From Candidatus Omnitrophota bacterium (GTDB lineage Bacteria; Omnitrophota; Gorgyraeia; Gygaellales; Profunditerraquicolaceae), in contig VGKM01000002.1 of assembly GCA_016867005.1 (NCBI GenBank), forward strand, positions 1-42,016: a stretch of DNA of 42,016 nt. Reading direction: 5' to 3'. Of this stretch, positions 42,009-42,016 are shown one piece after another. Positions within the stretch are counted from its first letter, which is position 1. Every line of letters starts with the position of its first letter. A program made the position numbers and the translations under genes. Under the pieces are notes generated by a model that searched no databases, was not told the DNA's origin, and saw only the letters and a list, made by a program, of their open reading frames with translations.

Positions 42009-42016
42009 TTAATTAT

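Noticed and set aside
1-42016. CRISPR arrays, insertion sequences, prophage, toxin-antitoxin or known defence systems
   Set aside because: I saw no regularly spaced repeats, transposase- or integrase-like ORFs, or recognisable nuclease, ATPase or defence signatures. Apart from the small elements listed, the intergenic space is too limited to hide such features.

Overview
This is a 42-kb, AT-rich bacterial chromosomal window. All 47 CDS I accept, plus one tRNA, lie on the minus strand. They are tightly packed, and many stop and start codons overlap (ATGA or TAATG). From about 17.7 to 42 kb the content is core metabolism and housekeeping: fabD-fabG-acpP-fabF, leuC-leuD-orf86-leuB, asd, truA, rplM-rpsI, then a contiguous argCJBDFGH-lysA-dapF-dapA-dapB-dapL block, folK-panC-nadX-like, a tiny very basic tandem-repeat protein, and uvrA. 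From about 0.1 to 14.8 kb the content is envelope machinery. It starts with an 826-aa TPR protein, ExbB, ExbD, a TonB-like protein and a membrane zinc-ribbon protein. A type IV filament (T4P/T2SS-like) cluster follows: wHTH, PilX-like pseudopilin, excisionase-type HTH, fused PilM-PilN, PilO-like, PilP/GspC-like, secretin, ATPase, platform protein and four prepilin-like genes. The window ends at tRNA-Ala(CGC). I found no transposase, integrase, CRISPR array or recognisable defence or toxin gene. The best candidates for something undescribed are in the filament cluster and a few small ORFs:
- two small DNA-binding proteins translationally coupled to pilus genes, next to a repeat-rich promoter region;
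- a G10 slippage tract inside pilMN;
- a densely structured leader upstream of the major pilin;
- non-canonical prepilin cleavage motifs;
- the adjacent TonB-like/zinc-ribbon module;
- the duplicated basic mini-protein upstream of uvrA;
- an 86-aa ORF wedged between leuD and leuB;
- a 20-bp GC-rich palindrome found at two intercistronic junctions.
All functional calls come from motif recognition by eye, with no database search. Taxonomy cannot be assigned from this window alone.
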